Assembly (NCBI GenBank): GCA_024277815.1
Contig: JAJRUM010000056.1
Coordinates: 19,592 to 83,591, forward strand
Origin: Gammaproteobacteria bacterium
GTDB lineage: Bacteria > Pseudomonadota > Gammaproteobacteria > Xanthomonadales > SZUA-36
Length of the DNA: 64,000 bases
Reading direction: 5' to 3'
Shown here: in pieces, positions 51,776 through 61,653 of the stretch
Position numbering within the stretch: position 1 is the stretch's first letter
How the letters are laid out: each line of letters opens with the position of its first letter
The notes under the pieces: model-generated
Seen by the model: only the letters and a program-made list of their open reading frames with translations
Told to the model about the DNA's origin: nothing
The model's database searches: none
Made by a program: the position numbers and the translations under genes

Positions 51776-53293
51776 ATGGAATTTCTCAACTCTCTGGGCA
51801 TTAAAGACACCAACCCCGGCGCCTACTTTGGCGACGGGCAGTGGTCGGACAGCACTGACTCCGGCGTCAAGCAAGCCATTAATCCGTCTACCGGCGAAAT
51901 CATTGCCAGCGTATATTCTGCCTCTGAAGCTGATTACGATCAGGTCGTGACACGTGCCCAGGAAGTATTTAGTCAGTGGCGCACTGTTCCGGCCCCACAA
52001 CGTGGTGAGGCCATCCGCCTGTGTACCGAAGCCTTGCGCAAACATAAAGACGCACTCGGCAGCCTGGTCAGCCTGGAAATGGGCAAGATCAAGGCCGAAG
52101 GAGACGGTGAAGTACAGGAAATGATCGATATTGGTGATTTTGCGGTCGGGCAGTCGCGCATGTTGTATGGCAACAGCATGCATTCAGAGCGCCCCATGCA
52201 TCGCATGTATGAGCAGTGGCATCCATACGGTGTCGTCGGGGTGATATCCGCTTTTAATTTTCCAGTGGCCGTATGGGCGTGGAATGCTTTCCTGTCCGCA
52301 ATTTGCGGCAACGCAACCATCTGGAAACCATCACCCAAGGGCGCGCTATGCTGTGTGGCAGTGCAGAATATCTGCAATCAGGCACTTGAGGAGGGCGGTT
52401 TTCCGTCCATTTTCCTGAGTTTCATCGAACATGGCCATCAACTCGCAGAACGCTTTGTCAACGACAAGCGCATCAACCTGATCTCGTTTACAGGCTCTAC
52501 CGCCATCGGCCGCCAGGTCGGCACCCAAGTGGCCGCACGGATGGGACGCAGCTTGCTGGAACTGGGCGGCAACAACGCCATTATCATGGATGAAACGGCA
52601 GACCTGGAAATGTGCATACCCGGTATTGTGTTTGGTTCGGTCGGCACTGCCGGCCAGCGCTGCACCTCGACACGACGCTTGTTCGTGCATGAATCCATCA
52701 TGGCGCGTGTCACTGAAGCATTGATCAAAGCCTATCAGCAGGTCCGCATTGGCGATCCGCTCAACCCACAAACCCTGATGGGCCCATTGACAGATCAAGC
52801 AGCAGTCAAGCGTTATGAGGACGCTATTGCCTCGGCCGTTGCCGAAGGCGGCGAAATTTTGACCGGCGGCAAACGCATCGATGGCCCGGGCAGCTTCGTC
52901 GAGCCCACCATTATCCGCGTCAGGAACGAGTGGGAGATTGTCCAGAGTGAAACCTTTGCCCCGATTCTGTACGTGATCCCGTTTACTGACCTCGGCGATG
53001 CCATCGCCATGCAAAATGATGTTGTCCAGGGCCTGTCCTCAGCAATTTTTACCAATGACATGCGCAACGCGGAGCGTTTCCTGTCAGCGACCGGGTCTGA
53101 CTGTGGCATCGCCAACGTCAATATCGGCACCTCGGGAGCAGAAATTGGCGGTGCATTTGGCGGCGAGAAGGAAACCGGCGGTGGCCGGGAGTCCGGTTCT
53201 GATGCCTGGAAATCTTATATGCGCCGTCAAACCAACACCATCAACTGGGGCAGCGACCTGCCGCTGGCACAGGGCATCAAATTCGACCTTTAG
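51776..53293 (+). CDS. Aldehyde dehydrogenase, ALDH7 (alpha-aminoadipic semialdehyde / piperideine-6-carboxylate dehydrogenase-like)
   Basis: 505 aa. [41 protein letters not shown] and [12 protein letters not shown] match the ALDH7/AmaB subfamily pattern as I recall it. Confidence 0.8.
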   Translation: MEFLNSLGIKDTNPGAYFGDGQWSDSTDSGVKQAINPSTGEIIASVYSASEADYDQVVTRAQEVFSQWRTVPAPQRGEAIRLCTEALRKHKDALGSLVSLEMGKIKAEGDGEVQEMIDIGDFAVGQSRMLYGNSMHSERPMHRMYEQWHPYGVVGVISAFNFPVAVWAWNAFLSAICGNATIWKPSPKGALCCVAVQNICNQALEEGGFPSIFLSFIEHGHQLAERFVNDKRINLISFTGSTAIGRQVGTQVAARMGRSLLELGGNNAIIMDETADLEMCIPGIVFGSVGTAGQRCTSTRRLFVHESIMARVTEALIKAYQQVRIGDPLNPQTLMGPLTDQAAVKRYEDAIASAVAEGGEILTGGKRIDGPGSFVEPTIIRVRNEWEIVQSETFAPILYVIPFTDLGDAIAMQNDVVQGLSSAIFTNDMRNAERFLSATGSDCGIANVNIGTSGAEIGGAFGGEKETGGGRESGSDAWKSYMRRQTNTINWGSDLPLAQGIKFDL

Positions 53294-53295
53294 AC

Positions 53296-54321
53296 ATGTA
53301 CTCACTGGTTCGCAAAGCACTGTTCCTGACCGACCCTGAAACCGCTCACGGGCTGGCGCTGGAGAGCCTGCGCCTTGGACATCGAATTGGTGTCTCCAGC
53401 GTTTTATGCAAGACCGTGAGCCAGCCGGTAATCAGCATGGGCCTGACCTTTCCGAACCCGGTTGGGATGGCGGCAGGCATGGACAAGAACGGCGACTATA
53501 TTGATGCGCTCGGCGGTCTGGGTTTCGGTTTCATCGAGGTCGGCACGGTAACGCCACGACCACAGGCCGGGAACCCTCGACCACGGGTCTTTCGCCTGGA
53601 GAAAGCTCAGGCAATGATCAACCGGCTGGGTTTTAACAATAAGGGCGTGGATTATCTTGTCAGGCAGGCAAAGAAGCGTAAATTCAAGGGTATTCTGGGT
53701 ATTAATATCGGTAAGAATTTTGATACCCCGAATGAGGATGCCGCGCAGGATTACCTCGCATGCCTGGAAAAGGTATACCCCCATGCCGATTATATAACCA
53801 TTAATATTTCATCACCGAATACCAAGGGCCTGCGGGATTTGCAGTCGGCTGATCAGCTCGAAGTTCTTCTTGCGGCGATCAATGACAGGCGCGAACAACT
53901 GACCTATGAATATGATCGCCGGGTACCATTGGTCGTTAAGGTGGCACCAGACCTGGAAGAGCAGCAGATACCTGTAATAGCCGCTGTGGTTGCCAACAAT
54001 GCATTTGATGGATTAATCGCGACCAACACCACACTTGCGCGGGATGCTGTCCAGGGCCTGCGGCATGCCGGCGAACAAGGCGGCCTCAGTGGTGCACCGC
54101 TGAAGGAAAGGGCCAACCGTGTGCTGGCAGCCTTTCGCAGCGCCCTGCCCGCAGAAATCTCCCTGCTCGGTACGGGTGGAATCTGTAACGGCGAAGATGC
54201 TGCTGACAAGATTCGGCTCGGCGCTGATCTGGTACAGTTTTACACCGGCTTTGTGTATCGCGGACCTGATCTGGTGAAAGAATGCCTGGCTGCGATCGCC
54301 ACGACCCGTCGAAAGGCATGA
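53296..54321 (+). CDS. pyrD: Dihydroorotate dehydrogenase (quinone), class 2
   Basis: 341 aa. NPVGMAAGMDKNG, GFIEVGTVTPRPQAGNPRPRVFRL, INISSPNT and GTGGI. Confidence 0.95.
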   Translation: MYSLVRKALFLTDPETAHGLALESLRLGHRIGVSSVLCKTVSQPVISMGLTFPNPVGMAAGMDKNGDYIDALGGLGFGFIEVGTVTPRPQAGNPRPRVFRLEKAQAMINRLGFNNKGVDYLVRQAKKRKFKGILGINIGKNFDTPNEDAAQDYLACLEKVYPHADYITINISSPNTKGLRDLQSADQLEVLLAAINDRREQLTYEYDRRVPLVVKVAPDLEEQQIPVIAAVVANNAFDGLIATNTTLARDAVQGLRHAGEQGGLSGAPLKERANRVLAAFRSALPAEISLLGTGGICNGEDAADKIRLGADLVQFYTGFVYRGPDLVKECLAAIATTRRKA

Positions 54322-55337
54322 AGCTTTCCCGCGATGTCTCGCTCTGCAACCTCAACAGCTTTTCGGTTGATGCCCGTGCCCGCAAACTGATAGAACTCGA
54401 ATCAACGCAAGACCTGCCACTACTCAGCTCACAACACTGTTTCGATGCCAACCAGGACCTGATCCTGGGAGCTGGCAGCAACGTCCTGTTTGCACGCGAT
54501 ATTGAAGGCACCGTCATACTGAACCGCATCACCGGTAAAAAAATCATAGCAGAGTCAGATGACAGCGTCCTGGTCGAAGCCAGTAGCGGTGAAAACTGGC
54601 ATGATTTGGTCATCTGGAGTCTGGACAATGGATTGCACGGTATCGAGAACCTTGTGCTGATACCCGGCCAGGTTGGCGCGGCGCCCATACAGAATATTGG
54701 TGCCTATGGTGTGGAACTGGCGGATGTACTGGATTCAGTACAGGCGCTGGACCTTGCCAGCGGGAAGGAACGCAAATTTACGCACGCTGAATGTCGTTTC
54801 AGTTACCGCAACAGTCGTTTTAAAAAACACGCTGCCGGTCGCTTTTTGATCACCAGTATCCGTTTGCGGCTGCAACGCACTTTCACTGCCAGGCTCGAAT
54901 ACGCCGGGTTGCAGGCGGAACTGCAAAATATGGGCATCAATACACCGACCGCCAGGCAGGTCAGTACAGCCATCATGTGTCTGCGGCGGCATAAATTGCC
55001 AGACCCGGCTATGCTCAGCAATGCGGGAAGTTTTTTTAAAAACCCACGGGTTGCCCGGGACACAGCAGACGCGTTGGCAAGCGACTCTCCAGAACTGCCT
55101 GTGCATGCCACCAACAGTCGGGTGGCGAAGCTAAGCGCAGCGTGGATGATCGAACATTGTGGCTGGAAGGGTTACCGGCAAGGAGATGCAGGTGTTTCAG
55201 CACAGCATGCACTGGTGTTGGTCAATCACGGCCATGCCACAGGCCGGCAAATACTGGAGCTTGCCGAGGCCATCGTCTCATCCGTAAAGGACCGCTTCGG
55301 AATCGAACTGGAACCTGAACCCAGGATAATTCAGTAA
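54318..55337 (+). CDS. murB: UDP-N-acetylenolpyruvoylglucosamine reductase
   Basis: The start is set at ATG 54318, which overlaps the pyrD stop (ATGA). NSFSVDARA, ILGAGSNVLF, NIGAYGVEL, AGSFFKNP and the C-terminal AAWMIEHCGWKG are present. Confidence 0.92.
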   Translation: MKLSRDVSLCNLNSFSVDARARKLIELESTQDLPLLSSQHCFDANQDLILGAGSNVLFARDIEGTVILNRITGKKIIAESDDSVLVEASSGENWHDLVIWSLDNGLHGIENLVLIPGQVGAAPIQNIGAYGVELADVLDSVQALDLASGKERKFTHAECRFSYRNSRFKKHAAGRFLITSIRLRLQRTFTARLEYAGLQAELQNMGINTPTARQVSTAIMCLRRHKLPDPAMLSNAGSFFKNPRVARDTADALASDSPELPVHATNSRVAKLSAAWMIEHCGWKGYRQGDAGVSAQHALVLVNHGHATGRQILELAEAIVSSVKDRFGIELEPEPRIIQ

Positions 55338-55397
55338 GCGGGACAGCAATTCATTTATACTTTTTACATCCGCATTGCAGCGATCCAGGAGATCCAT

Positions 55398-57089
55398 ATG
55401 AGTACTTTCCCATACTTCCTCCGCCTGCTGGTAGCAGGCACTTTGGCCACAGTGTTCGGGCTACTGCCTGTACCGGCAAACGCTGTCGATAACGCCATCC
55501 GGGAAATAGATTCTGAAGGCTTGATGGAGCGTATTTCCACCTTGTCATCCGATGAGTTTGGTGGCCGCGCACCGATGTCAGAAGGCGAACGCCTGACACT
55601 GAACTACCTCGAACAACAATTCAGTGAAATGGGCCTCAAACCCATGTTTGAAGACAGCTACCGCCAGGCTGTGCCACTGGTTTCAATTGAGGCTGACCCG
55701 AACACGGCACTGAGTATCAGCAACATGGAAGGCGACATTCATTCTTTCGCCTACGGCTCGGAAGTCATGCTCAGCAGTCCCCAGGTGGCGGAAGAAAACG
55801 GCCTGAGCAGAAGTGAGTTGATATGGGTTGGCTACGGCATTGTTGCGCCCGAGTACAATTGGAATGACTATGCTGGCATCAGTGTAAAAGGCAAAACAGT
55901 AGTGATTCTGGTCAATGACCCGGGCTTTGCTACCCAGGATCCCGAATTATTTAACGGCAACTCGATGACTTACTACGGCCGCTGGACGTACAAGGATGAA
56001 GAAGCTGCCCGGCAGGGTGCCGCCGGTGCCCTTATCATTCACCAGACTGCGCCTGCCGCCTACGGCTGGAATGTCGTTGAAGACAGCTGGAAAGGCCCTC
56101 AATTTCACCTCGCCGCAGACAATAACAATATGGACCAGGTAAAAGTCCAGGGCTGGCTCCAATACGAAACAGCCAAAGAAATTTTCGAATTTGCCGGCAA
56201 GGATCTGGACCAGGCAACCACCGACGCGGCTAAAGCTTCTGTTGAACCGCATTCAATGGGACTTCTGGCCAGCGTGAATATTAGCAATACCATCAAGCAC
56301 GCGGAATCATTTAACGTGGGCGCGGTACTGCCTGGCAGCACTCACCCGGATGAATTGTTCATTTACATGGCACACTGGGATCACCTTGGCACCACCGCCC
56401 ACAAGGAGGACCAGGAGGGGGACTTCATATTCAATGGCGCAGAGGACAACGCCAGTGGAACAGGCGGCATGCTGGAGATTGCCCAGGCTTTTGCAGCACT
56501 ACGCTCGCCGCCGCAACGCAGTGTAGGCTTCCTGGCGGTCACTGCCGAAGAGTCCGGCTTGCTGGGCTCACAAGCCTATGCTGCCAAACCCGCCTACCCT
56601 CTCAACAAAACGGTTGGTGGTATCAACATGGATCGCCTGAATTTTCGCGGCAAGATGAACGACATCGTTGTGATCGGTCACGGAGGCTCGGAAATGGAAA
56701 CTGTCCTCGCTGAGGAAGCCAGGAAGTACGGCCGCACCGTTACCCCGGAAGCCACACCGGAAAAAGGCTTTTACTATCGTTCAGATCACTTTAATTTTGC
56801 CAAGAAAGGTGTGCCGATCCTTTATGCCAGAGGTGGTACAGCGGACCGCCAACACGGCGCTGAGTATGTCGCACAGCGAAATGCCGACTATGTCAAAAAT
56901 CGCTATCACTCCCCCGCCGATCAAATCAATGAAAGCTGGGATGTGGATGCAGCCGTTGAAGACCTGGTGCTTTTTTACCGGATCGGTTACCGGCTCGCGA
57001 ACAGCAATGAATGGCCAGCGTGGTTCGAAGGCAACGAGTTTCGTGCCATCCGGGAGGCCTCGCTGGCCACGGAACCTGACGGAACCTAG
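55398..57089 (+). CDS. Secreted M28-family metallopeptidase with a PA domain
   Basis: 563 aa with a signal peptide. HWDHLG, NGAEDNASG, EESGLLGS and SDHFNFAKKGVP are M28 zinc-ligand motifs. Confidence 0.85.
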   Translation: MSTFPYFLRLLVAGTLATVFGLLPVPANAVDNAIREIDSEGLMERISTLSSDEFGGRAPMSEGERLTLNYLEQQFSEMGLKPMFEDSYRQAVPLVSIEADPNTALSISNMEGDIHSFAYGSEVMLSSPQVAEENGLSRSELIWVGYGIVAPEYNWNDYAGISVKGKTVVILVNDPGFATQDPELFNGNSMTYYGRWTYKDEEAARQGAAGALIIHQTAPAAYGWNVVEDSWKGPQFHLAADNNNMDQVKVQGWLQYETAKEIFEFAGKDLDQATTDAAKASVEPHSMGLLASVNISNTIKHAESFNVGAVLPGSTHPDELFIYMAHWDHLGTTAHKEDQEGDFIFNGAEDNASGTGGMLEIAQAFAALRSPPQRSVGFLAVTAEESGLLGSQAYAAKPAYPLNKTVGGINMDRLNFRGKMNDIVVIGHGGSEMETVLAEEARKYGRTVTPEATPEKGFYYRSDHFNFAKKGVPILYARGGTADRQHGAEYVAQRNADYVKNRYHSPADQINESWDVDAAVEDLVLFYRIGYRLANSNEWPAWFEGNEFRAIREASLATEPDGT

Positions 57090-58249
57090 AACGCGTTAAT
57101 ACCCGTCAGCTCCCTGCCAATCACCAGTTGGTGGACGGTTTCGGTGCCTTCGTAGGTAATCACGCTCTCCAGGTTCAACATGTGGCGAATAGCCGCATAT
57201 TCCACGGTAATGCCTGCAGCGCCGAGAATATCGCGACAATCACGGGCAATATCCAGTGCCATACGAACATTGTTCCACTTCGCCAGACTGACTTGCTGAG
57301 GCGCCATCTTGCCGGCATCTTTCAACCGTCCCAGCTGCAATGAAAGTAACTGCGCCGTGGTGATGCGCCGGGCCATGTCTGCCAGCCGGATCTGAATCGC
57401 CTGGTTGGAAGCCAGCGGCCGGCCGAACAGCTTACGGTCAGCGACATAATCTACGGCCTCTGTCAGGCAGGCAATTGCGGAGCCGATCGGCCCCCAGGTG
57501 ATCCCATAGCGTGCTTGTGTAAGGCAGCCCAGCGGTCCTTTCAGGCCGGTTACGTTCGGCAGGCGGTTGGCTTCCGGCACCCGGACGTTGTCAAAAAACA
57601 GGCCGGACGTGACCGAAGCCCGCAACGACATCTTGCCGTGAATCTCCTGCGCCTCATACCCGGGCATGCCCTTTTCCACTACGAAACCCATAATACCGTC
57701 ATCAGTGTGCGCCCAGACAATAGCGATATCGGCAATGTTCCCGTTGGTGATCCACATTTTAGAACCATTGACGACCCAGTCACCGCCATCACGTTTTGCA
57801 TTGGTCTTCATGCTGGCAGGATCGGAACCACCATGCGCTTCGGTCAAGCCAAAGCAGCCAATCGTTTTACCTTCTGCCATGGAAGGCAACCAGCGTTGTT
57901 TCTGCTCTTCAGAGCCATAGGCGTATATGGGGTACATGCACAGGCTGGACTGCACTGACGCGAAACTGCGCAAGCCTGCATCACCACGCTCCAGTTCCTG
58001 GCAGATCAAACCATATGAAACACCATTGAGGCCTGCACAGCCATAGCCTTCAATCGTGCAGCCTAAAAGCCCCAGGTCTGCCATTTCCGGAATCAACTCC
58101 CTGGGGAACTGTGCCTTATCGAATGCTTCACCCATCAGGGGTAACGCCCGTTCGTCAACAAAACGCGCAACGGTGTCCTGGATCATCTGCTCTTCTTCAG
58201 AAAGCAGGCTGCGGACATCGAACAAATCAGTAGGATTCAGGTTTGCCAT
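57086..58249 (-). CDS. gcdH: Glutaryl-CoA dehydrogenase
   Basis: 387 aa acyl-CoA dehydrogenase with GCFGLTEAHGGSDP, WITNG and YEGT..VH. The overall pattern looks like GcdH orthologues. Confidence 0.85.
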   Translation of the reverse strand: MANLNPTDLFDVRSLLSEEEQMIQDTVARFVDERALPLMGEAFDKAQFPRELIPEMADLGLLGCTIEGYGCAGLNGVSYGLICQELERGDAGLRSFASVQSSLCMYPIYAYGSEEQKQRWLPSMAEGKTIGCFGLTEAHGGSDPASMKTNAKRDGGDWVVNGSKMWITNGNIADIAIVWAHTDDGIMGFVVEKGMPGYEAQEIHGKMSLRASVTSGLFFDNVRVPEANRLPNVTGLKGPLGCLTQARYGITWGPIGSAIACLTEAVDYVADRKLFGRPLASNQAIQIRLADMARRITTAQLLSLQLGRLKDAGKMAPQQVSLAKWNNVRMALDIARDCRDILGAAGITVEYAAIRHMLNLESVITYEGTETVHQLVIGRELTGINAF

Positions 58250-58338
58250 GGGTGCTCCGGAAATAATCTGTAATGTTGAATGAGTGAGGGGGCTATTCTA
58301 AGTTCTGCGCCGGCAGCAGTCACTATCAGAATTGTCTT

Positions 58339-59784
58339 TTAGAAAATATAGTCGAGGTACAGCCTTGCATCGACGAAATCCCGGGTGACCGATTGAAAAT
58401 CATAACCATGCAGGTCACGGTAGGCTTCAAAATCATAATCTGTACGGTAATTGTTATAAGCCAGGCGAAACTGGATACTGAAACCCTGCAAATTCGTGAA
58501 TATGCCGAACCCGCGAGCCTGACTGAAGGAATATCGCAGGTCAAAAGTCGCTTCACGCCGGTCCTGGCGGGCATCGGTGAACCTCAGCTTGTCGGGTAAA
58601 TCAAAATCACCCCAACGCCAGCGCATGACCACTCCCGGAATCAGCCCGTCGTGGCCAAAATCATACTGGAGACCCACCCCAAAAGAGCGGGTGCCAGCGA
58701 GTTCAGAATCCTGTACCTGGAATGAGTTAAACATCTGTGGTGTGCCCCACCTGACAAACAGGGTTCCGCCATCATAGGAATTCTCGTTATAGGCCAGCTC
58801 ATTGTAATTGGCAAAATAACTGAACCCAGCTGTATACCCCCGCAGGCTGATACCGTAATGCCAGGTATCTACATTTCCGGCTATCTTGTCTCCAATCGCC
58901 TGCTGCCGCGTATATTGCGCTGCCAAAGTGAAGCGTGTGTCACGACCGGCCGGGCCAAAGTCATACTGTCCTAATAGATAAACTGAATTAACAAAACCCC
59001 TGATGTAGTAATCCCAGCCTTCGAGACTGAAATTATCGTGGCGGAAAGTCACCCCCACCATGGCCATTTCCTTACTGTCACCGATGTAACCTGTGTCATC
59101 GTAGTCAGCGCTGCTGTAGTTGCCGCGAATGATTTGCTTACCGCCACTCGAGACCTGCAACCGGGCACCCCTCGCCATTCCGATGAACCGGGTGGCATTG
59201 CGTTCTTTCATTTTTGTAATGTAACCCAGGTTAAAACCCAGCTTTTCAAACACCCTGTTTTCATAGACTATGCCGCTGTGGGTGATCGGAGAGAACCGGA
59301 TATTTGACAGTGAAACCATACGGTAGCCGGGCATTTCCTGGCGGCCGACTCTAAGCAGGTGACCCTTGTTTTGGTAGCTGGCGTACAGCTCGCCCAGTGC
59401 GGCGTAGGAATCCTGACCACCCTCTGCTTCGTACAGACCGCCCAGGCCCCTGCGAATATCGGGGTTATGCCCAATGGGTGCAGCAGCGTAAACCGTAGCC
59501 CCGAAAGTAATATTCTGCCAGGCCGCTGTTTCATAACCAATAAACCCGCCTGCCGCAGAGTACTGTTGTATCTTGACGTCAGCTATATCGGGGCCCGAGC
59601 TATCCTGCAGTATATGTAAATTGCTATCCCGGTATTGGCCACTGTAACGGAACAAAGCCTTGACCCGCCCGCTTGAAATCGCGTCAAAAAAACTACCGGG
59701 CATTTCTGTCGACCCTGACCCGGTCTCCTGCCCACCCTGCGCAGAGCAACTAAAGCCGAGCAACATCACCAACAAAGTGTGCAT
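58339..59784 (-). CDS. Outer-membrane beta-barrel porin, OprD-like
   Basis: The start is set at ATG 59784 (MHTLLVMLLGFSCSAQG, a signal peptide). LLRVGRQEMPGYRMVSLSNIRFSPITHSG resembles the OprD-family N-terminal strands. Alternating amphipathic strands and a terminal ...YLDYIF are present. Confidence 0.6.
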   Translation of the reverse strand: MHTLLVMLLGFSCSAQGGQETGSGSTEMPGSFFDAISSGRVKALFRYSGQYRDSNLHILQDSSGPDIADVKIQQYSAAGGFIGYETAAWQNITFGATVYAAAPIGHNPDIRRGLGGLYEAEGGQDSYAALGELYASYQNKGHLLRVGRQEMPGYRMVSLSNIRFSPITHSGIVYENRVFEKLGFNLGYITKMKERNATRFIGMARGARLQVSSGGKQIIRGNYSSADYDDTGYIGDSKEMAMVGVTFRHDNFSLEGWDYYIRGFVNSVYLLGQYDFGPAGRDTRFTLAAQYTRQQAIGDKIAGNVDTWHYGISLRGYTAGFSYFANYNELAYNENSYDGGTLFVRWGTPQMFNSFQVQDSELAGTRSFGVGLQYDFGHDGLIPGVVMRWRWGDFDLPDKLRFTDARQDRREATFDLRYSFSQARGFGIFTNLQGFSIQFRLAYNNYRTDYDFEAYRDLHGYDFQSVTRDFVDARLYLDYIF

Positions 59785-59931
59785 TGACGCCGTTCTGAAT
59801 TTTATCGCAAGCCCGGAGCAAAACATTACGACAGTGTACAGCCAGTTCGTGGTGGCTGTCCTCTTAGCGGCCTCTTTTAGAGATCAGGCCATTGGTCAGC
59901 GAAGTAGCAACAGGCTTTCGGGTGCTTCACA

Positions 59932-60837
59932 TCAGGGGTTTTGGACACCGTGTGGCACATGGCCGGTAGCAACATGCTCCCGTGCAGAGTCGCAATGGGT
60001 TTGCTGGTCATCAAAGAAAATATCTGCACCAAAGGCCGCCAGAAACGGACCCTTTGGCCTGCCACCAAGAAACAGTGCCTCGTCAATCCGGATACCCCAG
60101 GCTCTCAGGGTCAAAATGACGCGCTTGTGGGCCGGGGCTGAGCGGGCAGTCACCAGCGCAGTCCGGATCGGATTTTTTTCTATGGGGTAAGCAGATTGAA
60201 TGCGCTGCAGGGCCTGCAATAGCGGCTTGAATGGACCTTCCCGCAGGGGTGTGCCAGCCTGCTGCTTTTCCTGCAGTGCGAACGCCTCCAGGCCTTCCGC
60301 CTGATAGACCTGTTCGGCCTCATCACTGAAAAGGACTGCATCACCGTCAAAAGCTATCCGCAACTGGCCGCTGTCCGGGCGATTATGTGTACCGGGCAAT
60401 ATCAACGCGGCTGCGAACCCGGCGTGCAGGGTTTGCCGGACGTCTTCAACATGGCTGGACAAAAACAGCTGGGTGTCATGGGCTTCCATGTACCGAAACG
60501 GACTTTCACCATTGGTAAAAACAGCCCGTTGGATATTCAGCCCATGGTGTTCAATGCTGTTGAATATACGTAAACCCGAATCGGCACTGTTACGGGACAT
60601 CAGGATGACCTCAACCCCCTGATGGTTGATCTCATCGTCATTGAGCGCGAGTAATTTTTTAACCAGTGGAAAAGCAACCCCAGGTTGCAGATAGTCATCT
60701 TCACGCGCAACCTGATACTCGGCATAGGCTTCAAGGCCTTCCGATTCAAACACCTCGTGGCTTTCGTCAAGATCGAACAGGGCCCGCGATGATATCGCGA
60801 CCACCAGCGGTCGTGGATGAGTTGGCTTGTTTACCAT
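59932..60837 (-). CDS. 5'-nucleotidase, cytosolic cN-I-like family (PF06189-type)
   Basis: 301 aa. PLVVAISSRALFDLDESHEVFESEGLEAYAEYQ and the C-terminal IFFDDQ..H resemble the bacterial 5'-nucleotidase family as I recall it. Confidence 0.65.
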   Translation of the reverse strand: MVNKPTHPRPLVVAISSRALFDLDESHEVFESEGLEAYAEYQVAREDDYLQPGVAFPLVKKLLALNDDEINHQGVEVILMSRNSADSGLRIFNSIEHHGLNIQRAVFTNGESPFRYMEAHDTQLFLSSHVEDVRQTLHAGFAAALILPGTHNRPDSGQLRIAFDGDAVLFSDEAEQVYQAEGLEAFALQEKQQAGTPLREGPFKPLLQALQRIQSAYPIEKNPIRTALVTARSAPAHKRVILTLRAWGIRIDEALFLGGRPKGPFLAAFGADIFFDDQQTHCDSAREHVATGHVPHGVQNP

Positions 60838-60887
60838 GCTGCCAGCATAGCAGCAGCACTCTCAGAAGGTGAGAAACCTGACCGGGA

Positions 60888-61652
60888 CTATCTGAACTGC
60901 TCGTTCAGTATCCTTTCTTCAAGCGAATGGGCGGGGTCAAAAAGCAGGTTGAATTCTATCTGCTTATCCTCGAATGCATCGACGCGCGTAACGTTTCTCA
61001 CCTCGTGCGCGTCAGCGGTTGCACTCACCGAACGTTTATAGTGGTCAAGAATCTCGAAACTCACACGCGCCGAACTGGGCAGAATGGCACCATTCCAGCG
61101 GCGTGGCCGGAACGGGCTGATTGGGGTCAGTGCCAATGCGTCGGTTCCCAATGGCAAAATCGGGCCGCGCACGGAGAAATTGTACGCCGTGCTGCCGGCC
61201 GCAGTAGACAGCAAAATACCATCACAGACCAGCTCTTCAACCTTGACAATATCATTGACCAGGATGCGGATGTGGGCAGCCTGATTGGTCTGGCGCAACA
61301 GTGAAATCTCATTGATTGCCGTGCTGCTGGCAGAGGTACCGGACTCGGTTTCCACTTCCATGCAGAGCGGGTTCAGGCTGACCTGGCGCGCATCACCCAG
61401 GCGCTGCAAAAGCCCGTCTTCGCTATAGCGGTTCATCAAAAAACCGACATCGCCAATTTTCATGCCAAAGACCGGCAAATCACTTTCAATCACCCGGTGT
61501 AAGGTTCGCAGCATAAAACCATCACCACCCAGAGCAACAATGACTTCAGCTTCATCCAGGCCATACTCCCCGTAGCGTTCCCGCATGGCAGCAGCAGCTT
61601 CACCTGCCGGTTCTGCCTGGCTGGCAACAAAATGTATGCGTGGCGCAGCCAT
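60888..61652 (-). CDS. nadK: NAD kinase
   Basis: The GGDGFML motif and the NAD-kinase C-terminal beta domain are present. ATG 61652 is preferred over the TTG at 61667; it lies 1 nt after the gdhB stop. Confidence 0.85.
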   Translation of the reverse strand: MAAPRIHFVASQAEPAGEAAAAMRERYGEYGLDEAEVIVALGGDGFMLRTLHRVIESDLPVFGMKIGDVGFLMNRYSEDGLLQRLGDARQVSLNPLCMEVETESGTSASSTAINEISLLRQTNQAAHIRILVNDIVKVEELVCDGILLSTAAGSTAYNFSVRGPILPLGTDALALTPISPFRPRRWNGAILPSSARVSFEILDHYKRSVSATADAHEVRNVTRVDAFEDKQIEFNLLFDPAHSLEERILNEQFR

Positions 61653-61653
61653 G

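Noticed and set aside
52346-53014. 222-aa minus-strand ORF inside the ALDH7 gene. Similar antisense ORFs occur at 45988-46620 (lepA), 39515-40099 (rlmD), 7616-8125 (deoC), 29537-30067 (VWA) and 31013-31573 (anti-sigma).
   Set aside because: All are antisense or off-frame to confidently identified genes and have biased composition. I treat them as GC-driven spurious ORFs.
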